NCBI RefSeq assembly: GCF_009914755.1 | Contig: NC_060928.1 | Strand: one strand, 5' to 3' | Length of the DNA: 64,000 nucleotides | Source of the DNA: the human T2T-CHM13v2.0 reference genome, Homo sapiens | Part shown: one piece after another, positions 18,021 to 32,098 of the stretch | How positions within the stretch are numbered: position 1 is the first letter of the stretch | Layout: each line of letters opens with the position of its first letter | The notes under the pieces: model-generated | What the model was told of the DNA's origin: nothing | Database searches by the model: none | Seen by the model: the letters and a program-made list of their open reading frames with translations, nothing else | Position numbers and translations under genes: made by a program

Positions 18021-18291
18021 CTGCTGCCCAGACTGGAGCGCAGAGGCGTGATCTCAGATCACTGCAACCTCCGCCTCCCAGGTTCATGCCATTCTCCTGC
18101 CTCAGTAACTCTGCCGAGTAACTGGGACTACAGGCACCCACCACCGCGCCCGGCTAATTTTTTTTGTATTTTTAATAGAGACGGGATTTCACCGTGTTAG
18201 CCAGGATGGTCTCGATCTCCTGACCTCGTGATCCGCCTACCTCAGCCTCCCAAAGTGCTGGGATTACAGACGTGAGCCACCGTGCCTGGCC
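18021..18291 (-). mobile_element. AluY-like element lacking poly(A) tail and last ~18 nt
   Basis: AluY-type 'accgtgttagccaggatggtctcgatctcctgacctcgtgatcc'; aatgttttct on both sides (18013-18022, 18295-18304). Confidence 0.93.
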
Positions 18292-18439
18292 TGGAATGTT
18301 TTCTTATTCCTAAATTTTATCCATATAAGAAAAGAGGATCAAAGGTTGACATGTATCGACATTATGATCCTTCTTTGAAACTAGTGTTACCTATATCAAA
18401 TATTAGGTGCCAAAATATAAATATATATAGGGAGAGAGA

Positions 18440-19600
18440 GAGAAACAGTCTGACCAAATTAAACATTTTAAGAATGCTATATGTAACAAACTTATATCTA
18501 AGAGCACATGGAATACTCATCAAAAGAAACCATGTTGAGCTGTAAAACAAATCTCAATCAATTTAAAAGCCAGAAATCATAGCAAGTATTTACTCTGAAC
18601 GCAATGGAATTATTAAACATAAAATATATAGAAAGACTTAAATAATTATAAATTAAACACTTTTTAATATAAAACATAGGTCAAAAAATAAAAGCAAAAT
18701 GAGAAATCTTCAAACCAAATTATAATGGAGATAAAACAAAATTTGTAGGATGCAGCTAAAGCAGTGATTATAGGAGGAAACTGGATATTTAAATATTTAC
18801 ATGAGAATAAATGAGAGATTTAATGTAAATGATATAATTTTATTTTCCGATGCTAGAAGTAAAAATGAAAAAAGAATGGACATAATAAGGATAAAAGCAA
18901 ACATCAAAAAAATAGACAAAATGCAGTATAATTTAAAAGTCAAAAGTTATTTGAAAATATTAATGCAATGATCTATTCTGTTACGGGATGAATGAAAGAG
19001 AGAAAGAGACCACAACTTAATAATATTTAGTAATTAAATGAAAGAATACACTCTACAGACTGTATAGACACAACAGATAAGGTATTATTATAAACCACTT
19101 TTTTTGCCAAAGATCTAATTTCTAATTCTTTAAAATGGGAAACAACCCAAATGTGTGAATGAATAAACAAATTGTGGTATAATCATAGAATACACTAATG
19201 CTCAACAATAAAAGGGAGTAAAACCTACGGAAGCACTCAAAACATATGTGAATCTCACAAACATATGTGAATCTCACAAACTATATATTAAATAAAATAA
19301 TTCTGACAAAAACCATGTATATACTGTTGGTTCAATTTATGTGAAATTCCAATACAGAAAAACATAATCTATTTTAAGTGGTCAACATTTAAAAAGTGGT
19401 GGTATTTTTGGCTGAGAAAGGAGGCTTCACTTAAAAAGGGAATGAAAGACTTTACTGGAGTGATAGTCATACTCTATATCTTGATTGGAGTGGTGATTAC
19501 ATAGTGTATGCATTTGCTAAAATTCAAAGGACTAAACACTTAAATCTAGTGTATGTTTCATTGTTATTTAAGTTCATATAGATTAAAAGAAATTTTTAAA
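18440..19600 (+). mobile_element. Ancient L1 (L1M/L1ME) fragments: ORF2 endonuclease-region remnant then 3' end
   Basis: 'gcacatggaata..aaatctcaatcaatttaaaag..gaaatcata', 'aaatttgtaggatgcagctaaagcagtg', then 'aaacaacccaaatgt..tctatatcttgattggagtggtgattacat'. Confidence 0.75.
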
Positions 19601-20439
19601 GGAAAATGTAAGTGTGAATGAGTTTGCTTCAGGAGAGCATGTAGAAAGAAAAGCATTGAGCAAAGGCTGGAATTTTGAGTGACAGATAGACGGTTAAAAA
19701 TGTTTTAGAGTTCAAAATATACTTACAGGAAAAGTATGATGTTACAAAAGCCAGGAGATTATAGATTTTTAATACTGTTGATAATGTTGGTAGTAATGAT
19801 TGTTCACCAGTGTTACCTGTTATTTGTAGAAGCCCTGTTAGGGAATGAGTGAAGAGCGTCACCGTGTTTGGCAGATATGGCTGATCTAAAGGAAAGTGAT
19901 TCCATGTACTCTCGGGAGCACAAGTCAAATAACACAGCATTGAGGTGTGACTGGGAAGTAAAGAGTGAAAAGGGTGAAGATAAAAGTGGAATTTATGTTT
20001 TCAAATGACTTCATTAAAATGAGAAGAAGAGAGAAATTTTACAAAGAAACTCAGACTTGAGAAAAATTTAGAAGAAATTGGATTCAATGCTTTATCTACA
20101 TATCTAAAACAACCGTTATACTCTGTTTAGAGGGTTATATTATAATGCTTATTTCTCAATGTATAATATAATTTTATTTGCATAAAAATTAAAAAGCATA
20201 AATAGCAAGATTTTCATTCTCAAGACTAATCCTCAGGTAGTAGTCCCAAACCCTGTTGATATCTACAGACGTGAACAGTAATAAAAGTGAGAACTGTTTG
20301 GGCAACCCTCAAATTTAATTTAGGTGCTCTATCTCTTCCGGGATATTTCTCCTCAACTAATCTCACTCCCGCCTAATCTGTGATATCTGATAAACCAAAT
20401 GTTGTAAATTTCTTTCAATGTATTCCTAAAATTACTGTA

Positions 20440-20948
20440 CAGGATGAACTGGGCAATTGATGTGTTTATCCCCCAAGTTGGGGCCTTTTCCAGATCTTTT
20501 ATTAACTCGTATGAATGAAATGACTCTGAGAAGCTGCCTTTTCGTCTGACTTCTGGTAGAGTTCAGTATGCAAGGAAATAAGCAAGAAATCAAAGGAGGA
20601 GGGAGAGTGAGATGGGATAGATAATAGATAGAGATACAGACAGAATATGAATTAGATAGAGATAGCGCTATTTCTCCCCCAACACCTGGAAGCATTACTG
20701 AATGTTGGCTGCATCCCTTGAACTAACATCACATTTTCTGTCAAAGGTGCTCTTCTCATGTCTCTGTTTCTCAGTGTTCTTATAACAGCTGCTTTCTTTA
20801 GCTTTTTCAGGCCTAAAATTGAGAATGGGACCTTACTGTTAGTAGGCTCTGTTCACACTTCTATAAACAGTTCCTTATTTAAACTTTCATGAAATTGCTC
20901 AAAGTGCATACACCATTTATTTTTCCTGCCAGAATCTGATTGATTCAC
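20440..20948 (+). mobile_element. ERVL solo LTR, LTR33-like
   Basis: 'gttggctgcatccct', 'ttcaggccta', 'cacacttctataaacagttcctt..taaact', 3' 'ttcctgccagaatctgattgattca'. Confidence 0.65.
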
Positions 20949-21224
20949 CTCTTTCATTGATTAAAAATATTCTAAATGAAATAGAAAAGGAAAACCATAT
21001 GTTATTGTTGCAATTTCTTAGCCATGTCTCATAAAAAGTATTGTACAAAATATATTGAAAATACATATTTGTAGATCCACAGGAAATATAGTAGAATGTA
21101 TGCACCTTCATCTGATGATATTAAAATAACTCTTCAGTCCCATTAGGTATGTGCAAAATGTGCTTTAAGGCTCCTTATATAATATTTGGAATCAAAATCC
21201 CATAGATGGACATGTGGGATGCTA

Positions 21225-21390
21225 TTCATTTATTTGACAAATATTTATTGAGTAGCTTTCTAGGAGATAAAAATATATTGTTAAACAGAACAGACAAAGC
21301 CACTGCTCTCACAGAGCTTATATTTAGGCAAAGGAAGACAGGCAACAAATAGATAAAAATAAATATATAAAAATCGTTGGTAGTATTAAG
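21225..21390 (-). mobile_element. L2 3' end
   Basis: 'attcatttatttgacaaatatttattgag..acagacaaagccactgctctcacagagcttatattt'. Confidence 0.8.
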
Positions 21391-22902
21391 TGTCTAATTA
21401 AGTAGTATTAATTGCTGATCCTAATTCTTTAAAGAAGCTATTTTAGGAGTAGAAAGGTGGCCCATGTAGTAGTTGCATGGTGAATCAGAGCATAATTAAT
21501 ATTTTATTGTTTATTCCACTAGTTGGCTCTTTAATAACTGTTTTTGATGTTGATGAGGCTTTGGCATCCTCTCTATGGGCCTTAAGATCGGCTCCCAGCT
21601 GGGCTGCCGGTCTGTTCAGATTTGAGTGTGTGTTGGCATTGAAGGATGTGAGGCTGTCTTTACAGTGAGCTTCAGGGAAAACACTAGGGGAGCTTCTGCA
21701 GGGTGTTGGCTGAAGGACTCCAACAGAGCGAGGACACCTTGTGACATCAATATAAATAGCTGCAAATTGACAGCTGGTATCGCATAATCAAAAACAGGTG
21801 GCTAAATTTGAACTGAAATGTGATGGTGATTATTGTATTTTGAAGGTACAGTCTGTGAACCTTTCCGTGTGTAATTAAGAAGGCCGTTTGCAATATAAAT
21901 GCTATAGGCTCATTCCAGCCCATATCTATGATTGTACCAAGTTGGCCCCCATGCTTGCTTATATAATTTCAAACATCTGTTCTTCTATGCAGTTCATTTT
22001 TACAGTTATAGCAAACTAACTATGAGACTAAGAGTGATTTATAAAAATGAACAACAGTATAATCATTCTTTCAGATTATTTTTCAAGTTACAAATCATCC
22101 AGTAACAAAGCATAAACACTTTCACCTAAAATAAAATTGGTATCTCTTTATATGTGATAAATATGCTACTGAATATATTACACTACTTAATAATTACCAT
22201 ATATTTTATTTCAAGTCTATCATCTGTTTTAAGTATAACTCTAAACTTGCCCCTAATTAATGTCACTAAATTGAATGATTATATGTTACTGTAATAATTT
22301 CCTATGTCCCAAAAATCTTTAAAAAATAGTCTATTTATCTTCTCTATCAAAATGTCATCCTGTCAAAAAGAAACAATATGCAATCTGCTTTATTGATTTT
22401 TGGCAAATATAAGTGGCTTCTTAATATTATATCATATTTCTGTAAGCAATAAGTAGTCATTTTATTTATTCTAATACTTTTCTCTGAAGTTCAAGTATTA
22501 TTAGTATAAAACATCAACATATTTTATAAGACATGACAATCCTTTGCCATCTTCATCATGAATTATCCAAAAGAATTACTGGTGATCTAAGGTAATAAAT
22601 AATTTTTATTACCTTAAGGAAATGAGAAAAATTAGAATACCTATTTGCTAACTTGATGGTGTTTGCCCCACTATATTTTTTAACATTTGTAAATTATTTC
22701 ATGTGATTTAGTATTTCTTTCTAAAATTGTTAAGCTGTTGCAATATAAGACCTGTTCTTTATTGTTTGCTGAGCAGTATCATTTTTCCAGAGACTTTATT
22801 TACACATTTTGTGAATACAGAATTGAATAACCATCACATTATTCATATAAATTGTTATGCTACTTATTCTCCTTGTCACAGGTTCTAAAAAGTTAGGTGA
22901 TA

Positions 22903-24695
22903 GCATGATGCCTCCAGCTTTGTTCTTTTTGCTTAGGATTGTCTTGGCTATATGGGCTCTTTTTTAGTTCCATATGAAATTTAAAGTAGTTTTTCTAATT
23001 ATTTGAAGAAAGTCAATGGTAGCTTGATGGAGATAGCACTGAATCTATAAATTACTTCGGGCAGTATGGCCATTTTCACAGTATTGATTCTTCCTGTCCA
23101 TGAGCTTGGAATGTTTTTTCCATTTGTGTCCTCTTATTTCCTTGAGCAGTAGTTTGTAGTTCTCCTTGAAGAAGTCCTTCATATCCCTTGTAAGTTGTAT
23201 TCCTAGGTATTTTATTCTCTTTGTAGCAATTGTGAATGGGAGTTCAAACTACGCTACAAGGCTGCAGTAACCAAAACAGCATGGTACTGGTACCCAAACA
23301 GATATATAGACCAATGGACCGGAAAAGAGGCCTCAGAAATACTGCCACACATCTACAACTATCTGATCTTTGACAAACCTAACAAAAACAAGCAATGGGG
23401 AAAGGATTCCCTATTTAATAAATGGTGCTGGGAAAACTGGCTAGCCATGTGCAGAAAACTGAAACTGGCCCCTTCCTTACACCTTTTACAAAAATTAACT
23501 CAAGATGGATTAAAGACTTAAACGTAAGTCCTAAAACCATAAAAAAACCCTAGAAGAAAACCTAGGCAATACCATTCAGGACACAGGCACTGGCAAAGAC
23601 TTCATGACTAAAACACCAAAAGCAATTACAACAAAAGACAAAATTGACAAATGGAATCTAATTAAACTAAAGAGCTTCTGCACAGCAAAAGAAACTACCA
23701 TCAGAGTGAACAGGCAACCTATAGAATTGGAGAAAATTTTTGCAATCTATCCATCTGGCAAAGGGCTAATATCCAGAATCTGCAAGGAACTTAAACAAAT
23801 ATACAAGAAAAAAACAACCCCATCAAAAAGTGGGCAAAGGATATGAACAGACACTTCTCAAAAGAAGACATATATGCAGCCAATAAACATATGAAAAAAG
23901 CTCATCATCACTGGTCATTAGAGAAATGCAAATCAAAATGTCATACAATCTCATGCCAGTTAGAATGGCAATCATTAAAGTCAGGAAACAACAGATGCTG
24001 GAGAAGATGTGGAGAAATAAGAATGCTTTTACATTGTTGATGGGAATGTAAATTAGTTCAACCATTGTGGAAGACCGTGTGGCGATTCCTCAAGGATCTA
24101 GAACCAGAAATACCATTTGACCCAGCAATCACATTACTGGGTATATACTCAAAGGTTTATAAATCATTCTACTATAAAGACATATGCCCACGTATGTTTA
24201 TTGCAGCACTGTTCACAAAAGCAAAGAACCAACTTGGAACCAACCCAAATGCCAATCAATGATAGACTAGATAAACAAAATGTGGTACATATACACCATG
24301 GAATACCATGCAACCATAAAAAAGGATGAGTTCATGTCCTTTTGCAGGGACATGGATGAAGCTGGAAACCATCATTCTCAGCAAAGTAACACAGGAACAG
24401 AAAACCAAACACTGCATGTTCTCACTCTTAAGTGGGAGTTGAGCAAATGAGAACACATGGACACAGGGAGGGGAACATCACACACTGGGGCCTGTCAGGG
24501 GCTTGGGGAAGGATAGCTTTAGGAGAAATACCTAATGTAGATGACAGGTTCTTGGGTGCAGAAAACAACCATGGCATTTGTACACCTATGTAACAAACCT
24601 GCAGGTTCTGCACATGTATCCCAGAACTTACAGTATAATAATAATAATAAAAAAACTACACCAAAAATAATAAAAATAAAAATAACAAAGAGTAA
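22903..24695 (+). mobile_element. LINE-1, L1PA7-like, 5'-truncated with 5' inversion (antisense 22903-23246, sense 23243-24695)
   Basis: 16-bp TSD aaaaagttaggtgata at 22887-22902 and 24696-24711; 3' UTR 'ggagaaatacctaatgtagatgac..catgtatcccagaactta'; strand switch at 'gggagTTCAaactac'. Confidence 0.96.
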
Positions 24696-25479
24696 AAAAA
24701 GTTAGGTGATAATAGTGTACTTGGGAAGTTATTGCTTGATTTGGTATTAAAAGTAATTAAAAAGAAATAGAACAGAAAACAACAATATTCTATGAATTCC
24801 ACTATGCTACACTATTTCTTTCCTGAGTTGAAGTGTCCAGATCTTCAAATTGCATACCCAAGAAACTTTTAAAATGTACTTTAGCATTACTGGCTATTAG
24901 ATTAATGCACTCTTCTCAGTTTTGATAACTGATTGCTAAATATCTTTAAAACCAAATAAAACATTGTTGTTTTTTTTGTTTGAGTTTTGTTTTAACTAGC
25001 ACTGTTGCTTCTCTCTACTTATGTTGTCTCTCCTGTTGCAGAAATATAACAGGCTCTTAAAACAGGCATGGATATTGTTTTTCAGGCTTCAGAGTACTTG
25101 GGAGCTGCCTTCAGAACCAGTTTACAACCACACTGGAAAATCCATCTCACTGTTTAATAGACAATTGGATTTCTTACTGCAAGTGATATTATCAAGGTTG
25201 ATTACTCATTTTATTCACTAGACATGAAAGAGTTCTGCCTTCAAAGGCAGCATATTTATAACCTCTGAATACATTGGAAACTTTTGCCTTAGAATACAAA
25301 TGTAATTACAAAGAAGCTCAAGACATGTTTTCAGAAATGCCAACATCTTTAGATTTTCATTTGATATTTGATATTAGTTTATAATGTAACTCATTACTTA
25401 ATTGCTTCACAAATTTGTCATGTTATTCTTAGCTGGTATCTTTAAGTGTTTTATCTGACGTCAAGAATTGTGAATTGTG

Positions 25480-25876
<397 letters not shown>

Positions 25877-26349
25877 TTATTATTGTTTGGGTAAACTTTA
25901 AATTATTTGCTATAATGAAGTGAAATATTAAAAAATAAATGTGTGTATTTATATACATATTTGTATTTTCATAGTGTCTTCTTTGTTCAAAATTATGTAA
26001 TTTTACCATATATTAAAATTCTATAATCATATAATCAACAATTTAGTACTTAAATTTGTGTTACAAATTCTTCTCATTAATAAAATAATAGACAATATAT
26101 TAATGACTTAATAAATCTTGAATGTATTTTTTAGAGTTACGAGTTAAGATAACATCTTGAGGCATTTATACAGTTTTACAGGTACCTAAATGTTAGTAAT
26201 GACTATTTAAAATGCTATATGTTTACATGAGAAAATACTATATGAATAGTAACTTACTCCATAAATTTTTATGAAGAGAATGCACATTCATTAACCAATC
26301 ACAATCCACTCTACTAATGATTTTATTCTCATTGTTTCATTTTTTTTCT

Positions 26350-26515
26350 TAAAACCACAATATCAAGTAGTTTTTATGTCATTGACATTTTACAGATAAG
26401 AAAATTGAGGCACTGGGAGTTTATGCATTTATCTAGGTCAAAAGGTTTGTCAAAGTTGAATGGAGGATTAGAACCAACATATTATCTGCTCCAGGACCAT
26501 TACCACTTCTCTATG
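26350..26515 (-). mobile_element. MIR
   Basis: Core 'cattttacagataagaaaattgaggcac'. Confidence 0.8.
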
Positions 26516-26999
26516 CAGCCATGCAGTCTTGTATTACTGACTTAGGCATTTACTATGATATTTTTTGTAGCTGATTAGGAAAAAAATAAATACTTTTGAT
26601 AAATATGCATATGTATGCAACTATGTAATTTGAATATAATTCAAAACATATATTTAACCCTTAAGTCTAGACCACATGTGATGTTCTAATAATCTATATT
26701 TGACTTTGCTGTTATTTCAAGTAAGTGTTTGGAGTTACATGGTAGTATTATAGAATTGTCTCCTTAAAATGATAGTATTTAAAACTGAGAAAAATAAATA
26801 CTATTTAATGTCAGAATAGTTATATTACTTTAATGTGCATTCAAGTTACATGTTAAATGTATTAATATAATTTTTAGAAAACATCAATATCAGGGTAAAA
26901 TAAATCCAAATGTCCCATGCAAAGTTTGATCCAAAGTTTTATAAAGGATCATTACAGAAAGAAAAAGATAAATTGGTTATTCTTATAATTACACTAAAT

Positions 27000-27230
27000 A
27001 ACTTTTGTTGAGTGTTTTCAATATAAAAGCATTATCTAAGCATTTTTAATGAATACAATGCAATAATTTTATTAGAGAGAAACCATTACTATCCCTATTT
27101 TACAGATGAGAAAGCATACATGGGTTGGTTAAGTAATTTGCTCAAGGTCACATATATATAAAAGTGGAAGAGCTGAGATTTGATGCCAGTTAACAAGGCT
27201 CCAGAGCTGGCTCTCCAAAGCACTATTTAC
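27000..27230 (-). mobile_element. MIR
   Basis: 'attttacagatgagaaa..ggttaagtaatttgctcaaggtcaca..gagctgagatttga'. Confidence 0.85.
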
Positions 27231-27461
27231 TGAATCTTTAGAGCGAAGGCACCTTTAGAGTCACTTGTAGTTGTTTTTTCAAAGGGCAAGTTTCCAGTTT
27301 TTTGTTTCTGTTTTTGTCTTTTTTCTCCCTTTCTTTGAGTGGAGTTCTAATAAACAATAAAATAACTTCCAAGTTTACTTCAGCATTCGTAATTATAACC
27401 TTAACATTTTAGTCTCAACATAATATTAAAATCACTCCCTAGTTTAAAAAATCCAAGACAC

Positions 27462-27803
<342 letters not shown>

Positions 27804-28419
27804 TCATGATGTCTTGTTTTAAGAAAAGGTAATCGTCTGCAGCATTGCAAACTTACAGTAATTTCAGAATACTAAAATGACTTACTGTTTATCAGAAATG
27901 TATGATTTTCCACAAATAATCCATAAAAGTGATCTCAGACATGATTAGGCTTTTCATAAATATAATAGCTACAATGAAAGGATCATCAGCCTTATAACTT
28001 TCAGGAGGCTGATTTCTTGATTATTTTAGCTTTGATTTAGGAGAGAGATGGTTACTATTTTTGAAATTATATTCTCACTATTTAAGTCTTTTAACACTTT
28101 TCTAAACTAATAGTCTCCTAAATTCCTTTTTTGTCATGAGAATTACCAAAAAGAAGTAATGTTCTATAATGTTTTTTAAAAGATGTTGATAAACAGTGCT
28201 TAAAGAATTCTTAATATTTAATATGATAGCACGTAAAGTTTCAGGAATTTAATATATTATGCTGCATATTTGCATATTATATGTAGCATTATTTTTTCAT
28301 GGATTAATCAGGAAAGCATAATTTTTTTTTGCAATGCGAATAATTAGAAAAGCCCTAGCTACACTTTTATAATGTGTTGGTTCACTTTTACAATGTGTTG
28401 GTTCAAACTCTACTCCATA

Positions 28420-28700
28420 TCGTCGTCATTTGGGGAGTCAACCTGTTGTCGCTGCCTCTACTTGGAAATGTTCTGATCCTCATGAAAGAGGGAAAAGAGT
28501 CTTGACAAACCATAAACTGGTTCTTAATCAATTTAAAAGGGATGCACATCTCACTTTTACTTGCATTCAATTGACCAAAGTAAGTCGTATAGGCACTCTG
28601 CGTTCATTAGGCTGGGGAAACATAGCCATCTACACTTGAGGGGTCTTACAAGTCATGTGGTGAAAACTGCCATAAGTGAGGCAGGGGCGAATATGGCTCC
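28420..28700 (-). mobile_element. Old MaLR LTR remnant, MLT1-like
   Basis: 'catctcacttttacttgcattcaattgaccaaagtaagtcgtataggca' resembles the antisense MLT1 motif 'cacttctgctcacattccattggccaaagcaagtcacatggcca'. Confidence 0.5.
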
Positions 28701-29236
28701 CTTGGGGAAGGAATGAGAAAATGGGAAAAGTATTATGATCTATCAGGGTCTCTATAAAGGGATCAGTGCCAATCATTTACTTTACTGAACATAGTAGTTG
28801 CTACATAGATATTTTTACATGAATTTTAAATAAAGTAAAATTACTTCAAAATTAAATAAATTTTCCTGGGCAAATCTTTAAAAAGAGTGCCCACTCACTT
28901 TTAAATCTGAAACTAAGAAGAAACCAGAATATTTCTTCAGAAAGAAGCACCAATAACCACCAATGGCATGATTGTGTTTTTTGGTTTTCTGCCTCCTTGC
29001 ACATCCTGTGGTATCAGTTGGTACAAGGTCTGGCCTATTTGAGTCCTTATCAATACACTGAATGTTTAGCTAGCCATAACAACAGCATGGAAGCTATTCA
29101 CACTGGTTAAAACTGCCGGAAAAAAAAAGCCTCTAAAGCTTTGGCATATCTTCGATGTTAGCAGTATCTGCTACTACACTACATATGGTTATTAATGGCT
29201 CAAAACTACTTCAAATGTTTCATCATTGCCCTCGAC

Positions 29237-29238
<2 letters not shown>

Positions 29239-29267
<29 letters not shown>
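29239..29267. repeat. (CA)n microsatellite
   Basis: Direct reading. Confidence 0.95.
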
Positions 29268-29271
<4 letters not shown>

Positions 29272-30458
29272 ATTCTCAAATTCTATTGGATATTTTCCCT
29301 GTCTTTTTTGTTCATCTTCTTTGCTTAAAAATGAATGGCAACATTTAATGACTCGACATGTGAAGATTAGATAACCTCTTTATATAAATTATAGGAGTAA
29401 AAATGTTCCAAGTAGAGACTGAATATGAGACAAACAAATACTATCTACTAATAATGAAAAATATGAAGTCCTAATGTCTTTAGCGATACTGTCAATCTAC
29501 TTACATTTAACTTATATAACCTATAAACTTCTAGGGCTTTTCTTGTTTAATGATTATGAAATTGGTATTGCTGTTTTCTTTGATATCACCACTGCTGTCA
29601 TAGACAATCCCTAGGCAAAATCAGGTCTTCTAGGTCTTAACATGACAAAATCAAGGAAATCCATTTATGTCTTAACAAATAAGTACTTTTTTGTTCCATT
29701 AAAATGGAATTGCTTGATGTTACCAAGATCTCAAAGGAAATGTTAATTTTGCATGAAAGATGGTACAGTATTTATACCCTTTGAGGCCTGGGGAAAATAT
29801 GTATTACAGAAATTAAGGCTGTAATTATCATTATTTTGAAGCATGTAATCTCTTAGTTCCAGCAAACACAGAGTTAAAAAGTAGACTATAACTTAGGGAA
29901 AGGATGCTATGGTTTAGAGGGATTTTATCCAGAAAATGGTAGAAGTTACTATTTATACGGAATAATAACCGTGGGTTTTTAGAATCAACACTGTTGAATG
30001 ACAGTTGCAATGTCGAAAGGGAAGGAAACTAAAATTCATTGATTGTATTACTGTGCACTGTCATGGATTTTTAAAACATTCAGCCATTTAATTATTGGAG
30101 TAGCCATTCAGCATGATAAGACAAGGTACTGAAAATTGCTTTTTAGCATACTTGAATTGTCTCATGCAAAAATACGTGTGTGCTTGTGCATGTGCAGGTG
30201 TGCGTATGCTGGGTGAGGGCAAAGAGGGTGGGTTAGCAATATTCTTCCCAGTGGAGAAGAATCATGTTTCTGGCCCAGACACATTTGCATGGTTGTGGGG
30301 CATCTGTCAATTATCACTAGATAACAAAAAGGAATTGTTGTCTAAGGCTGATGGGAGCTGGTTGTACATCACATAAAGTGACTTTTCTCTCCATTAACCT
30401 GCAGATCTTCAAGGATTAAGTTATAAAAGAAAAAATATTTTCGTTTGGAACCAACAAT

Positions 30459-30710
30459 TACATGGAATCAACCCAAATGCCCATCAATGATAGACTAGAT
30501 AAAGAAAATGTGGTACATATACAAAATGGAATACTATGCAGCCATGAAAAGGAATGAGATAATGTCTTTTGCAGGGACATGGATGGAGCTGGGGTCTGTC
30601 AGGGTAGGTGGGAGAAGGGAGACTATCTGGAAGAATAGCCAATGGGCTTAATACTAAGGTAATGGGTTGATCTGTGCAACAAACCACCATGGCATCTATC
30701 TACTAATGTA
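30459..30710 (+). mobile_element. L1PA (older, ~PA10-12-like) 3'-region fragment, no terminus or tail
   Basis: Aligns with 32404-32660, including the junction ggagctgg|ggtctgt. Confidence 0.9.
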
Positions 30711-31596
30711 AAAGTAGACAAAGATGACTGTAAGCAAATAAGGTCAGAAACAAAGATACAAATTTTGAGGTTTTATTTAAGTTTCCCCATATCTCTAAAG
30801 ATAACAATGATTTAAGCAAAATCTGGTCTTCTCTAGTAATTATTATTCCTATTAATTACACATGACAAAGTTTAGAAAACTTAAATCCTTAGGCCATGAT
30901 AATTAGCTAATACCTAATCAGAGCCAAGATTTGGAAGTTGATTATCCTGACACCATCTTTCTCTTTTAATTGAAATATATAAAGATAGAAGCTACTGTCT
31001 CAGAAGATTTTTACAACATATATCTAAATGTGGGTTTCTTTCAGAGTTTGTGTTATTATAGTGCCACTATTAGAATAATCTGTTTAGTTGTTTATTCTCA
31101 GTTGTGTCTGGTTAACTACCTGACGACACAAACACAGGTGCACATAATCATACAACTGATTTTGGAAACGATTTCAGGTATCTTTCGTAATGATAAACTG
31201 CCAAAATGAAACAAAAAGTATGTGTCTATATACACTAAATATATGCACATATGTATATGCATACATTTAATATATATGCATGAAATATGTGTATATATAA
31301 TTTATAACATTGTTATATTTTGCCACATCTGAAATAATTTAATTCTGGATGTTGGTTTAAACACTATTAGAATATTTTGTTGTTAACAGGAAATTTTATA
31401 ATAACTCTGAAAATAAATGTTAGAGTCATAGATATTTCCTCTATTATTTAGAGAATTTTTTTTTTGATAATATATTACTTACAACTTTGGCTTCTCTTAA
31501 AGTTATGTAAGTTAAGAATAATTTCAGTTTATTCTACAACCATTTTAAATGTTAAAGTAAAATAGAATAAAGGAAAACCCAATTGATCTCATCCCT

Positions 31597-31628
<32 letters not shown>

Positions 31629-31633
31629 ACACA
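31597..31633. repeat. (CA)n microsatellite
   Basis: Direct reading. Confidence 0.95.
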
Positions 31634-32098
31634 AGTAAACACATTTTATCACATTTAATTTAATTGCATTTTGATTTAATTAGTAATTATCTTCATGACA
31701 GTTTGGTTGCTTTTGTAAGTCATAGCATTATCAGAAAATGCATTGTAAATTAGTTTATTTATGCCATCTTCCAGAAGACTATTGTTTTAGGATCACCACA
31801 GTTCATCTTGTTAAATGAGGTTAATGACACTGACCCTCACCCTTTCAAAGTACTAATTGAATACACTCTTTCAACATAGGTAGATATAAAATATATATAT
31901 ATTTATTTGAAATCATACATTTAAGTTCTGAAGGAAAATGACTGCCAACTATTAAAGGACCTAAAATAGCATATTTAAAAATGATAGAATTTACTGAAAA
32001 ACTAACAAATAAATAACAAAAATTCAAAAAGTAAACAAACCATTGCATGCATCCTACTCTTTAGAATAAACAAGGTGAAATTAAGAATTTCTTGCCTT

